A stretch of 64,000 bases of DNA from Acidobacteriota bacterium (GCA_046733535.1 JBKPPH010000055.1:285-64284); one strand, 5' to 3'; shown: positions 20,344 to 29,726, counted from the stretch's first letter. Translations and numbers: made by a program. Notes: generated by a model from the sequence alone, not told the origin.

Positions 20344-21771
20344 ATGCGCGTCGCGATCCTTACTTCTGAAGCTGTGCCTTTTGCCAAGACCGGCGGGCTG
20401 GCTGACGTTTCCGGCGCTCTTCCCAAAGCACTAATTAAACAAGACGTCGACGCGCGGCTCATACTGCCGCTCTACGATCAAATTGATCGTGAGCTATTGA
20501 ACGGCGGTTCGCTGGAGAGCGTCCGCGTTGAGTGGCGCGGTCAGGTTCATAACGTTCGCTTCCTGTATAGCGACGCAGTCGGCGCCCCAACTTACCTGCT
20601 CGAGACGCCGGAGTTTTTCGCGCGTCCCGCAATCTACGGTTACGACGACGACCACATTCGTTTCGCGTTCTTCTCGCGCGCCGCGCTCGCTTTGCTCAAA
20701 GCGCTCGACTGGCAACCAGATGTCGTGCATGGTAACGACTGGCCCTGCGGTTTCGCTCTTACCGAGCTGCGCGCGCGCCGTCGTTACGAAGCGTTTTATC
20801 AAAACACGAAGAGCCTGTTTTCACTTCACAACGTCGGTTACCAGGGACTCTTCGACGCCGGCGATCTCTGGTGGCTTGGCTTTGGCGATGCGCCGGAGCG
20901 CGACGACTTCATGCTCCACGGCAACGCCTCTGCATTGAAAGCAGGAATCATCGCCGCCGACGCGCTCTCGACAGTCAGTCCGCGTTACGCGCGTGAGATC
21001 CAAACGCCTGAACAGGGACATGGTCTCGATTGGTTGCTCCGCGGTCGCCGTGATCGCCTGGCGGGAATCACGAACGGTGTCGATTACGACGTTTGGAATC
21101 CCGAAACGGATCCGCACATCGCGACAAATTTCTCGGCTGAAGATCTTTCCGGAAAGCGTGACTGCAAGCTCGACTTGCTGCGTCGCTTCGGATTGCCTGA
21201 AGATGCGAATCGACCGATCATCGCGATCATCTCGAGGCTTGTCGGGCAGAAGGGCTACGACTTGATCCGGCAGCTCGCCGGCCCGATTATCGAGACTGGT
21301 GCGTTCTTCATCGCGCTTGGCGCCGGCGCACGCGAGTATGAAGACTTTCTTCAGCGCTGGCATGATGCCGCACCCCAGCAGGTCGGCATCTACAAAGGCT
21401 ACGCAGGCGAGCCGCTCGCCCACCAGATCGAAGCGGGCGCCGACATGTTCCTGATGCCTTCGCTGTATGAGCCATGTGGTTTGAATCAGATGTACAGCAT
21501 GCGCTACGGCACGGTCCCGATTGTGCGCGCCACCGGTGGTCTCGACGACACTGTCGAGCAGTTTGATCCGGCCAGTGGCGCCGGTACAGGGTTTAAGTTT
21601 CGACCTTACGAAGCAGGCGCTTTGCTTGAAAAAATACGCGAAGCCCTTTACTTTTATGCGCGGCCCGAGCAGTGGCAAAAGATTCAGCACAACGGAATGT
21701 TAGTCGATAATTCCTGGGCCGCTGCCGCGAAGAAGTACATTCAGGTATACCAGGAGATGGCCCAATTCTGA
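20344..21771 (+). CDS. glgA: Glycogen synthase (ADP-glucose type)
   Basis: MRVAILTSEAVPFAKTGGLADV..; C-terminal PSLYEPCGLNQMY..GTVPIVRATGGL. Confidence 0.9.
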   Translation: MRVAILTSEAVPFAKTGGLADVSGALPKALIKQDVDARLILPLYDQIDRELLNGGSLESVRVEWRGQVHNVRFLYSDAVGAPTYLLETPEFFARPAIYGYDDDHIRFAFFSRAALALLKALDWQPDVVHGNDWPCGFALTELRARRRYEAFYQNTKSLFSLHNVGYQGLFDAGDLWWLGFGDAPERDDFMLHGNASALKAGIIAADALSTVSPRYAREIQTPEQGHGLDWLLRGRRDRLAGITNGVDYDVWNPETDPHIATNFSAEDLSGKRDCKLDLLRRFGLPEDANRPIIAIISRLVGQKGYDLIRQLAGPIIETGAFFIALGAGAREYEDFLQRWHDAAPQQVGIYKGYAGEPLAHQIEAGADMFLMPSLYEPCGLNQMYSMRYGTVPIVRATGGLDDTVEQFDPASGAGTGFKFRPYEAGALLEKIREALYFYARPEQWQKIQHNGMLVDNSWAAAAKKYIQVYQEMAQF

Positions 21772-21810
21772 TCCGTTCTTAATCCGTTCCCCGATCCGTG
21801 TAATCCGTGG
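21771..21810. repeat. Family 1 half-element (four ATCCGTK units, no partner arm)
   Basis: ATCCGTT (21771), ATCCGTT (21782), ATCCGTG (21794) and ATCCGTGG (21803), between the glgA stop and the purA start. Confidence 0.6.
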
Positions 21811-21813
21811 TTT

Positions 21814-23133
21814 ATGACAAAGGTAATCGCAGTCATCGGCGCCCAGTGGGGCGACGAAGGTAAAGGCAAAATCGTCGATCTGCTCGCAGAGCGTTTCGAC
21901 ATCGTGGCTCGCTACCAGGGCGGTCACAACGCCGGACATTCGGTCCAGGTCGGCGACCAGTCGTTTGTGCTGCACTTGCTGCCGTCTGGAATCGTGCACC
22001 GCGGCAAGACGTGCGTGCTCGGCAATGGCATGGTGATCGATCCGAAGGCGTTTTTCGTCGAAGCGGATCGTCTGACGCAACAGGGCATCGAAGTCTCACC
22101 CGAACGAGTGAAGATCAGTTCGCGCGCGCATCTGATCCTTCCGTATCACCGCGCGCTGGACCACACCAGCGAAGAGCGGCTGGGCAATGAAAAAGTCGGC
22201 ACTACGTTGCGCGGTATTGGACCTGCGTACGAAGACAAGGCCGGGCGTCGTGGAATTCGCACCGCGGACGCGCTTGTTCCGGACGTGCTTCGTTCACGCA
22301 TCGAACGAAACCTCGAAGATGCGAATCGCATCATCGAAGCGTATGGCGGCGAGCGTCTGAACGCCGATGAAATCTTCCGCGAGATGTCGGTGCTGACGGA
22401 ACGTCTCGCGCCGTTCATTGCCGACACCACACACTACCTGAACGTCGCCGCGACTGACGGTCGCTCGATCCTGCTCGAAGGCGCGCAGGCCACGTTGCTT
22501 GACGTGGACCACGGTACTTATCCGTTTGTTACTTCGTCTACGACCGTGGCGGCGGGGGCAATCACCGGCACCGGCCTCGCGCCGCAACGTCTTAATGGCG
22601 TCCTCGGCATCGTGCGCACTTACACGACGCGCGTCGGCGAAGGTCCGTTTCCGACTGAAATGCTTGAAGGCGAGGCGGAGCTGGGCCAGTTGATTCGCGA
22701 GCGTGGTCGTGAGTATGGGGCTTCGACCGGACGGCCGCGTCGTTGCGGTTGGTTTGATGCGTTTGCGACTCGTTACGCGGCGGAGATTAATGGTTTCACA
22801 TCGGTGGCGTTAACTAAACTCGACGTGCTGGACACGCTCGACGAAATCAAGGTCTGCACCGGCTACAAGCTGAATGGTCGATTGTGCGAATCGTTGCCGG
22901 CAGTGTCACAGGATTTGCGGCGCATCGAACCTGTGTATGCGACGTTGCCAGGCTGGCAGAGTTCAACATTGGGCATGACGGAGATGAGTTCCCTCCCCAC
23001 GAATGCGCGTCGTTACGTCGACTTCCTCTCGCAACAGATCGGCGTGGAGATCGGCCTCGTCTCCACCGGTCCCGAACGCTCGCAGACGATCATCGTGCAC
23101 GACTCTGCGCTGGGCGGCTGGCTCCGCGACTAG
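21814..23133 (+). CDS. purA: Adenylosuccinate synthetase
   Basis: VIGAQWGDEGKGKIVD..YQGGHNAGH..TTRVGEGPFPTE. Confidence 0.95.
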   Translation: MTKVIAVIGAQWGDEGKGKIVDLLAERFDIVARYQGGHNAGHSVQVGDQSFVLHLLPSGIVHRGKTCVLGNGMVIDPKAFFVEADRLTQQGIEVSPERVKISSRAHLILPYHRALDHTSEERLGNEKVGTTLRGIGPAYEDKAGRRGIRTADALVPDVLRSRIERNLEDANRIIEAYGGERLNADEIFREMSVLTERLAPFIADTTHYLNVAATDGRSILLEGAQATLLDVDHGTYPFVTSSTTVAAGAITGTGLAPQRLNGVLGIVRTYTTRVGEGPFPTEMLEGEAELGQLIRERGREYGASTGRPRRCGWFDAFATRYAAEINGFTSVALTKLDVLDTLDEIKVCTGYKLNGRLCESLPAVSQDLRRIEPVYATLPGWQSSTLGMTEMSSLPTNARRYVDFLSQQIGVEIGLVSTGPERSQTIIVHDSALGGWLRD

Positions 23134-23168
23134 TAACATCGACGTGATTTCTTGTGGCGAAGAGCTTT

Positions 23169-23197
23169 TGGACAATGTCGCGCGCGTTCGGTAGAAT
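23169..23197 (+). promoter_or_regulatory. Candidate sigma-70-type promoter for tRNA-Lys
   Basis: TGGACA (23169-23174), 17 nt, TAGAAT (23192-23197). A perfect 9-bp hairpin AGAGCACGC-CCA-GCGTGCTCT (23221-23241) lies between it and the tRNA. Confidence 0.35.
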
Positions 23198-23253
23198 GCC
23201 ATCCAGTTCCTCGCGAACAAAGAGCACGCCCAGCGTGCTCTCTGCATGTAGAT

Positions 23254-23326
<73 letters not shown>

Positions 23327-23568
23327 ATTCCCTGGATCAATAACTTACAGGCGCCGCGCAACTGTCTTAGCTCCGTTATCATTGGGTTACTGTCTTCACC
23401 CAGCAACCGTTCGCCGGTTGGCTCACATTTAATCTGCTACAGTCTGAAGTTAAACGTGGAAAAGAGCAGCCGCCTACGAGCTCGCGCTGCCGGCCTGGGA
23501 GCAAGCCCATGGGCTTGCGTTCATCAACGAAAGCAAATCGAGAGGCGCGGTACGCGTGCGCGTAATCC

Positions 23569-23598
23569 TTGACAGCAGGACGTTCAACCGAATATATA
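23569..23598 (+). promoter_or_regulatory. Candidate promoter of the PEP-CTERM gene
   Basis: TTGACA (23569-23574), 18 nt, TATATA (23593-23598), about 70 nt upstream of ATG 23670. Confidence 0.3.
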
Positions 23599-23669
23599 AG
23601 CATTCACCCATTATAAAGAGGCGACTGGTCAATGGCTTCCGCTTCTATCGCCCAGAAAGGAAGTTCTGT

Positions 23670-24332
23670 ATGTCGAAGATTCTCTGCGTATTCGCCACTC
23701 TACTAGTGATCGCAGCATTGACGCCTGCAACGGCTACCGCTGATCCAATTGTAATTACCAGCGGTACGCTTTCTGTCACGGGACTCAGCGGCGGCCCACA
23801 GTTCACTTTAACTGGACTGAACTTTGCCGCAAACGGTGGAGGAGAGCAAGGGAGCTCCCACCCTCAGATGTTATGCTTTCCCTGCGTGAGCGGCCAGGCC
23901 ATCGACGTCGGCGGGTTTTTCGGCGGTTCGAGCGTTCTTCACAGCGTCACCCTTGATGGCATCTTCTACCCTAACATCGGTTTGGGAGGAGTACTCATCC
24001 TAAGCGGGCCTCCAATCATTGTGCCGAACAGCACGTCGAACCTTACCTTGACCAGTCCTTTCTCTTTTTCGGGTCAATTGCTCTTGTGTGCATCCAATTG
24101 TGGTTCTTCCCAACCTCCGACTTTTACTGTTGATCTGATCGGTGGCGGTATTGCAACTGTTAACGTCCAGATCTTTTTTCTTCCGAATGGAAATCCAATC
24201 TTCCAGTTCCAGAGCGTTACTTACAACTTCCAAACGCCCGAGCCAACGCCCGAGCCAATGTCGATACTGTTGCTCGGAGGCGGCTTGCTGGGTTTGGCTG
24301 CAAAGTTACGGCGGCCTCGGTCCCGACGCTGA
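23670..24332 (+). CDS. PEP-CTERM-anchored secreted protein
   Basis: Signal peptide MSKILCVFATLLVIAALTPATATA. The C-terminus is PEPTPEPMSILLLGGGLLGLAAKLRRPRSRR (PEP motif, TM helix, basic tail). GAAAGGA RBS. The track start at 23556 is less likely. Confidence 0.75.
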   Translation: MSKILCVFATLLVIAALTPATATADPIVITSGTLSVTGLSGGPQFTLTGLNFAANGGGEQGSSHPQMLCFPCVSGQAIDVGGFFGGSSVLHSVTLDGIFYPNIGLGGVLILSGPPIIVPNSTSNLTLTSPFSFSGQLLLCASNCGSSQPPTFTVDLIGGGIATVNVQIFFLPNGNPIFQFQSVTYNFQTPEPTPEPMSILLLGGGLLGLAAKLRRPRSRR

Positions 24333-24401
24333 GGCAGCATGGTAACTGTGCCGACAAATTGTAATTTGTCTCGTGTGTCTTCATCTGTATAGGGGACCCA
24401 A

Positions 24402-24441
24402 TTTAACCTGTGGGTCGCAGGTTCGAGTCCTGCTCGGCTCA
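24402..24441 (+). pseudogene. Duplicated 3-prime end of tRNA-Lys (att-like direct repeat)
   Basis: 24402-24441 equals 23287-23326 with one mismatch (24409 T versus 23294 A); 32 nt are identical from GTGGGTCGCAGG to GGCTCA. No matching acceptor 5-prime strand or D arm lies upstream. Confidence 0.8.
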
Positions 24442-24444
24442 CCA

Positions 24445-25677
24445 CTATTGCACAGAAAGAATCCACTCCATCACAGGATCGCGTCCTGAGCTAAACTCCG
24501 TCCACGTCGGCTCGATAGTCCGATCGGGAACGACCGCAGAATCAGTATCGGCAGCGAACCGATAGAATTGAGTCGAGTAAGAGACTCGCAATCCGGAGTT
24601 GGGCAGGCGAAACTCTCCGTGCTCGCCGTAATGGTTCGGTCTCATTCCCGTCGGATTGCCGGCCAGAATCGCGTTCGCCTCGTTGCGCAAATCGAGGGCA
24701 TTCACGGTGGCGGCAGAAAACGTCCCCGGCCCGACGATTACAAACAGCCCGCCCTTTCTATTGATCGCGCGGCGAGACTTTAGCATCGGAAGCAGCAGTC
24801 GCCGGAATCGATCGAGATCTCCGCCTTGATTGCGCCGTAGATCGATTACGAGTCGCCGCGCGTGCGATTCATCGATCAGACTGACGAGCGCCGCTGCACG
24901 ATCACGGAACTCGTCTTCCGGCGGATAGCCGGTGAACGAGAAGTAAACGGTCTGTGAATCGGGGAGAAACTCGGTCCACCATCGCTCATTCAATCGCTGC
25001 AAATAGAGTGGTGGCTTCTCTCCCGATGCGAGCCGCCAACTGGAAAACTCTCCGAGTGGCGCTGGGGAAAATTTCATCGTCTCCCGCTCGCCCGAAGCAA
25101 GCTCTAGATCGAAAGGCGCGTTCTCTCCATCGGCAATCACACTTAAGCCGTGCAAGACTTCGGGAGCGCTCAATTGCATTGTCGCAGTGAGACGCGTCCG
25201 ACCGTCATTCTCGCCGCGGGCGACGAGCTGTGTCGCCTGGTCCATCACATCGCTTACTGGCGCGGATCCGATCGTCAGTACGCGCGCTCCGACTGCCGCG
25301 TGATAAGGGGCTGCCGCTGCAATCACACGCAACTCATCGCCGAACCACTGAAGTTCCATCGGGTAGCGCAGAGAACCCGGCGGCAAATCCAGATGCGTGT
25401 GGCCGTCTCCAATCAGGGCGACGATCCGCATCAGCCCGACGACTACCTGGTCGCCATTCATTTGTGGGATGGCGGCGTCCAGACGAGCTACTCCGTCGTT
25501 AAAAGTTTCGCGGCTGACCGTGTGGAACGCGTTAACATGGCGACCGGGTAGTTCGCGCGCGAGATAGCGAAGATCCGCGCGCCATTCGTCGGAGCTAAGT
25601 TGAGTGACACGCCTCTGTGAGCTGCAAGAGCTAAGAATAAGGAGCAGCACTAAGGGGATGTACGGAGCTGTTTTCAT
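24445..25677 (-). CDS. S41-family (tail-specific/Tricorn-like) serine peptidase lipoprotein
   Basis: Lipobox LLLILSSCSS. RLVIDLRRNQGGD and GGLFVIVGPGTFSAATV are motifs typical of S41 peptidases. Confidence 0.7.
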   Translation of the reverse strand: MKTAPYIPLVLLLILSSCSSQRRVTQLSSDEWRADLRYLARELPGRHVNAFHTVSRETFNDGVARLDAAIPQMNGDQVVVGLMRIVALIGDGHTHLDLPPGSLRYPMELQWFGDELRVIAAAAPYHAAVGARVLTIGSAPVSDVMDQATQLVARGENDGRTRLTATMQLSAPEVLHGLSVIADGENAPFDLELASGERETMKFSPAPLGEFSSWRLASGEKPPLYLQRLNERWWTEFLPDSQTVYFSFTGYPPEDEFRDRAAALVSLIDESHARRLVIDLRRNQGGDLDRFRRLLLPMLKSRRAINRKGGLFVIVGPGTFSAATVNALDLRNEANAILAGNPTGMRPNHYGEHGEFRLPNSGLRVSYSTQFYRFAADTDSAVVPDRTIEPTWTEFSSGRDPVMEWILSVQ

Positions 25678-25700
25678 CGCGTAAGCTTAACAGGATTTAC

Positions 25701-26399
25701 ATGACTATCGAGATTAACAGAATTTTTTCTGCAAAGCGCTGGTCTAAGCTCCTTGGACGGCGCATCTTCACCTGGCGTAACGTCCTGCGCCGCGCGCCGA
25801 AGATCGAACACCAGCCCGACTCGCCACTCCTTATTACCAAGCCGCGGTACTTCGCGTTCGCGTCATTGGGTTCTGGCGTTGGAGGCGTGTTGCGGTACAC
25901 GATTGTAAATAGAAGCACCATGGTGGTCCATTCGTACGCCTGTCGTCACTACACTTCCGGACCGCATGGTAACGGAGCTTACGGCAGCCATCCGCCCGAG
26001 GGCTTGTCGCCGGGGCAGTCGCGCGAGAATTCGATCGCCGCGCATGACTATCACAAGCTGACTTTGACCATTGATTTCGTCCAGTTCGCCGACGGCACAA
26101 TGTGGTTCTCAGGCGATCAGAAGTCAACTGTGAAACCTGAAGGCATCAGGGCGGGAGCGAAAGCGGCGGCCGCGCATCTGCTCCAAGTGTTGGAACGGGA
26201 TGGCCCAGACGCCGTGATGGAGGCGCTGCCGCGAATACACGCTGACGTACGGGGTCCCTTCGGCCACTCGGCGCCGGAGGACTTCGGCAGCTTCGGATTT
26301 TATGATGGCGTTACGAACATGGTGGTTCGTTTCAGTCACGCACATGCGAAAGGCGGGCCGGGGGCGGTGGAAGCTGCACTCCGCGCTGTGGCCGAGTAA
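25701..26399 (+). CDS. Hypothetical protein
   Basis: 232-aa ORF with AGGA 6 nt upstream of the ATG. No domain recognised. Confidence 0.4.
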   Translation: MTIEINRIFSAKRWSKLLGRRIFTWRNVLRRAPKIEHQPDSPLLITKPRYFAFASLGSGVGGVLRYTIVNRSTMVVHSYACRHYTSGPHGNGAYGSHPPEGLSPGQSRENSIAAHDYHKLTLTIDFVQFADGTMWFSGDQKSTVKPEGIRAGAKAAAAHLLQVLERDGPDAVMEALPRIHADVRGPFGHSAPEDFGSFGFYDGVTNMVVRFSHAHAKGGPGAVEAALRAVAE

Positions 26400-26422
26400 C
26401 GTGCCGCCTCAAGAGTATTTCA

Positions 26423-26477
26423 GCCACAAAAAGGCACAAACGCATTTCGATTTTTTGCCTTTATGCTTGTTTGTGGG
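26423..26477. repeat. GCACAAA-word imperfect hairpin (family 2)
   Basis: GCCACAAAAAGGCACAAACGCAT .. TGCCTTTATGCTTGTTTGTGGG. The outer CCACAAA/TTTGTGG and inner AAGGCA/TGCCTT segments pair. Confidence 0.55.
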
Positions 26478-26503
26478 AATGACCGATCAGTAGGAGGGAC
26501 AGG

Positions 26504-27433
26504 ATGAATCGCAGAGAATTTGTGGCAGCAGGCGCAGGCATGCTGGCGGCACCTTGGCGGTCCTCGATCCTTAGCCGACCACAGGGGAGAAAAACGCGTC
26601 TGATTCTACTCGGCACTGGCGGTGGTCCGCGTCCGCGGACGAACAGAACCGCGTCGTCGCAAGTCATCCTCGTCAATGACTCCGCCTACGTAATCGACTG
26701 TGGTGATGGCGTCGCTCGACAGCTCGTCGCTGCAGGTGTGCCCCTCACGCGAGTGCGACACATCTTGATCACGCATCACCATTCAGATCACAATGCCGAC
26801 TACGGAAATCTTATCTTAGGGGCGTGGACGGTCGGTCTGGAGACCAGACTCGATACCTGGGGACCACCGCCACTCGAGAAGATCACGAGACTGTTCTTCG
26901 AGATGAACGCCTATGACATCAATATCCGCATCGCCGACGAGGGTAAACCCGCGCTCGTACCGCTTGTGCACGCGCACGAGCTCACAGATGGTGGCACGGT
27001 CTTCAATGATGAAGCCGTCAAGGTCACCTGTGCGCTGGTCCCTCATCCGCCTGTACAACCGGCTCTGGCCTATCGCTTCGATACTAGTGACCGCTCGATC
27101 GTGATCTCAGGGGATACCGCACCTTCTGACAATCTGATCCAACTTGCCAAAGGTGCCGACGTGCTCGTTCATGAGGCCATGTACTTGCCGGCGATCGATC
27201 GCCTCGCGGCGCGAGTGCCGAACGCCACGCGGCTTAAACAACATATCCTTGCCAGCCACACAGCAGCGGAAGATGCAGGGCGTGTTGCCAACGCTGCCGG
27301 CGTCAAACTCCTTGTACTCTCTCATATAATCCCGGCGGATGACCTCACGATCACGGATGATATGTGGATCAGGGCGGCGCGGGTTCATTTTCGCGGCCCA
27401 GTGATTGTCGGTAAAGATCTTCTCGAAATATGA
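26504..27433 (+). CDS. Tat-exported MBL-fold metallo-hydrolase
   Basis: Twin-arginine N-terminus MNRREFVAAGAGML; ITHHHSDHNADYG (HxHxDH). Confidence 0.8.
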   Translation: MNRREFVAAGAGMLAAPWRSSILSRPQGRKTRLILLGTGGGPRPRTNRTASSQVILVNDSAYVIDCGDGVARQLVAAGVPLTRVRHILITHHHSDHNADYGNLILGAWTVGLETRLDTWGPPPLEKITRLFFEMNAYDINIRIADEGKPALVPLVHAHELTDGGTVFNDEAVKVTCALVPHPPVQPALAYRFDTSDRSIVISGDTAPSDNLIQLAKGADVLVHEAMYLPAIDRLAARVPNATRLKQHILASHTAAEDAGRVANAAGVKLLVLSHIIPADDLTITDDMWIRAARVHFRGPVIVGKDLLEI

Positions 27434-27497
27434 GAGTCGCGCAGGCGACGGCGATCAGTCGACGTTTGCGAACCGAAAATGGCCGTCAAGGTGGGGT

Positions 27498-27779
27498 TTA
27501 ATCGAAACGCCGCGGCTTGATCGACAAGTCACCCGGCTTCACTTTGTCGTCGACGAGATCGTTGATAGTGATCCGGGCAAGCCTCGAGTATGCGAGCAGG
27601 ACCAGCAGTGATGGCTCTCGCCCGCCTTGCTCAAATAGCGAAATGCTCGACGGATAAAGTGTCTCGCCTCTGACGGCGAGTCTCTTAATCAATCCCGGTT
27701 GAGTCAGACCAAAATGAAGGCGAATCATGCGCAGCTTCTCGCCAAGCCGGTTTGGCCGCGCACGATGAGCGCGCCCCAC
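27498..27779 (-). CDS. XRE-family HTH regulator
   Basis: LGEKLRMIRLHFGLTQPGLIKRL..SSISLFEQGGREPSL is a Cro/C1-type HTH. The start is taken at GTG 27779, with GGAGG at 27788-27792 (8-nt spacing). The track start at 27818 has no RBS. Confidence 0.7.
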   Translation of the reverse strand: MGRAHRARPNRLGEKLRMIRLHFGLTQPGLIKRLAVRGETLYPSSISLFEQGGREPSLLVLLAYSRLARITINDLVDDKVKPGDLSIKPRRFD

Positions 27780-27819
27780 TAACGTGTCCTCCCGGACGAA
27801 GCGTGGCTGCACCTGCATA

Positions 27820-27837
27820 AATTTCTAAATAGAAATT
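27820..27837. promoter_or_regulatory. Perfect palindrome upstream of the XRE gene (candidate operator)
   Basis: AATTTCTA-AA-TAGAAATT: 8-nt arms, about 40 nt upstream of the proposed GTG start. Confidence 0.35.
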
Positions 27838-28044
27838 CGTTGTGGCTGGCTTTTGGAGAGGCCCGGAATCCGTGTCTCCGGGCGGCGAACATCTCAGGTG
27901 ATTCCCGTTCGCCGGATAATCATTTCGATGTATGTTAGCGGAGTGGCTGGCCCAGTGGCAATCGCGAAGGGCGAGCGTGTGGCCATGATCGCAGTTCTGA
28001 AGACAGGATTTCAGAATTAAATTTTGATTTACATGAATGAATTA

Positions 28045-28569
28045 CTATTCCTCCAGGACGGGCAAATATGCCTTCCATGGTCCAACGGCGTCGCGGTATT
28101 GCTTCGCCATTACTCGCGCCACCTGCCGGATGTGTCCAAGATCGTGAACGACCCACGTAGCGAGCAACTGCCTCATTGTCACGACGCCAAATTCCGGGTG
28201 CGTGCCGCGCTTGTCCAGGAACTCAGGTGTTAAGTTCATACTCTTTAAGTCGTTGAGACTCCGCGTGCGTAGCTGCGCGAAAATTTCAAGGAGTTCCGCG
28301 ACTGATTTCCCTTGCGAGTCCTCGAACATCGCAAAACGATCAAAGGGATCGAATGGTCGCGTCTCACCGTGCTCGAGAATGATCCTGGCGCGCGGGATCC
28401 AGTCAGTGTGTTCCGCGTGAATGAGATGGCCCAGAATGTCGTACGGACTCCAGGTGTCTGCTCCTTCATTCTGTACGGCCCACGGCTCGGGAATTAGGAA
28501 CAGGAGTGAAGTCAATGTCGCAGGCGTCCGACTGAGAACCGGTATCGCGTGTTCGAGTTCAAAGTTCAT
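28045..28569 (-). CDS. DinB-family (DinB_2) four-helix-bundle protein
   Basis: From MNFELEHAIPVL..: ILGHLIHAEHTDW..WVVHDLGHIRQV gives the His triad spacing typical of DinB. The start is ATG 28569. The 392-aa track ORF is a spurious upstream extension. Confidence 0.75.
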   Translation of the reverse strand: MNFELEHAIPVLSRTPATLTSLLFLIPEPWAVQNEGADTWSPYDILGHLIHAEHTDWIPRARIILEHGETRPFDPFDRFAMFEDSQGKSVAELLEIFAQLRTRSLNDLKSMNLTPEFLDKRGTHPEFGVVTMRQLLATWVVHDLGHIRQVARVMAKQYRDAVGPWKAYLPVLEE

Positions 28570-28612
28570 TGGTGATTCCTTCGTGTAAAACGAGTCCAGC
28601 TTTAAAACACCA

Positions 28613-28642
28613 GGAGGCACAAAGCAAACGCTTCGTGCCTCC
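28613..28642 (-). terminator. Candidate intrinsic terminator after the lysyl-oxidase-like gene
   Basis: GGAGGCAC (28613-28620) pairs with GTGCCTCC (28635-28642). On the minus strand the hairpin is followed by UGGUGUUUUAAA. Confidence 0.4.
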
Positions 28643-28663
28643 CGTAATTTTGACTTCCGAGTA

Positions 28664-29518
28664 TTACTGATTGCAACCGTGGTCGCACTCGACAGTCGCT
28701 TCATTGTTCCCTGCGAGTGGTCCAACGCCTTTACGTCCCGGATGGTCCGGAATCGAAATCGCTGCCGTGCCGACGTTGTCGGTGTAATTGGTCTCCGGCA
28801 ACTGATGACAGAACCCCTTGGTGTCAACGTTTGGACAAGCCTCGCCCTTCTGGGCCACAAACGGCGGATTAACCGTAATGCGAATGATGTAGTCGCCTGG
28901 CGGCACCACAGGTTGACCATCGCCGCCATCCAAAACAAAGTACTGTCCGGCGAGTGTAAACCGGTACGTGTCGGCCCAGCCCGCACTGATGCCCTGATTG
29001 CCAGGAATTCCGATTGCGCCGCAATTATGGAACTGCCCTTCACGAGGCGGCACACCGCCGACGGGAACCGGATTGGGATCCGTGTCGAGCATGCAGAAAC
29101 CGCGCTTCGCTGCACGCCACACCTGTCCGGTGCGTGGATCGACAAGCTCATAGAGTGCGTAGTGACGGAAATGGAAATGGTTATGACAGGTGGCAAACTC
29201 AAAGAGCCCGTCGCCGTTCGCAAAGTGCTCGTTTGGATCGCCCACGAAGATGTCTCGATTTCCGGTGTTCGGCGTCATTACCGTAAAGCGCACGAGTCGC
29301 CGCAGTCCGGGGGTGACCTCGCCTTCGATCGCGCTGCAAGCTGTTGACGAGATGTTTTCATCACGGACCACCCACTGCGAGCCAAGGACGTCCTCGCGAA
29401 CAGAAAGGTTTGGGCCGTCGGCTACAGTCGCACTACCCTTGCTCGTGTAGGCCAGCCAGGAGATGCCCACTGCGACACATAACGTCAGGAGGATAAGTAG
29501 GGAACGGGTTTTTGACAT
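28664..29518 (-). CDS. Secreted lysyl-oxidase-like copper amine oxidase (LOX catalytic-domain homologue)
   Basis: FEFATCHNHFHFRH (His codons 29171-29185) resembles the LOX copper site WxWHxCHxHxH. AAKRGFCMLDT resembles HKASFCLEDT. QGISAGWADTYR resembles QGISxGCWDxY. GDYIIRITVNP..ETNYTDNV resembles GNYILKVSVNP..ESDYTNNV. Signal/anchor N-terminus and AAGGAG RBS. Confidence 0.75.
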   Translation of the reverse strand: MSKTRSLLILLTLCVAVGISWLAYTSKGSATVADGPNLSVREDVLGSQWVVRDENISSTACSAIEGEVTPGLRRLVRFTVMTPNTGNRDIFVGDPNEHFANGDGLFEFATCHNHFHFRHYALYELVDPRTGQVWRAAKRGFCMLDTDPNPVPVGGVPPREGQFHNCGAIGIPGNQGISAGWADTYRFTLAGQYFVLDGGDGQPVVPPGDYIIRITVNPPFVAQKGEACPNVDTKGFCHQLPETNYTDNVGTAAISIPDHPGRKGVGPLAGNNEATVECDHGCNQ

Positions 29519-29726
29519 ATTGTCTCCTTCGGATTAGAGGTTAATTGTCGTTCCAAACCGGCACTGCTCCCACGCAGAGATAGTTGAGGCTAGTCTGGAA
29601 AGTGACTCCGCAAGTTGTCGAGGTGCTTTGCTTGCGTAGGGGATCTGAACGGTTAAACTTCACCCACTCCACGGTGAAGTCGGCAGACTACGCTGGACAC
29701 AGGGCTCAAGTCAAGCTTCGGTGGCC

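Noticed and set aside
24372-24444. Possible second tRNA-Lys gene
   Set aside because: Only the T arm, the 3-prime acceptor strand and part of the anticodon arm are present. No matching 5-prime acceptor strand or D arm can be found upstream. It is treated as a duplicated fragment.
28045-29223. 392-aa ORF in the track that would fuse the DinB-like protein to an N-terminal extension
   Set aside because: The upstream 217 residues overlap the lysyl-oxidase-like gene in another frame and are low-complexity. The DinB homology starts at MNFELEH (ATG 28569), and a hairpin terminator lies in between.
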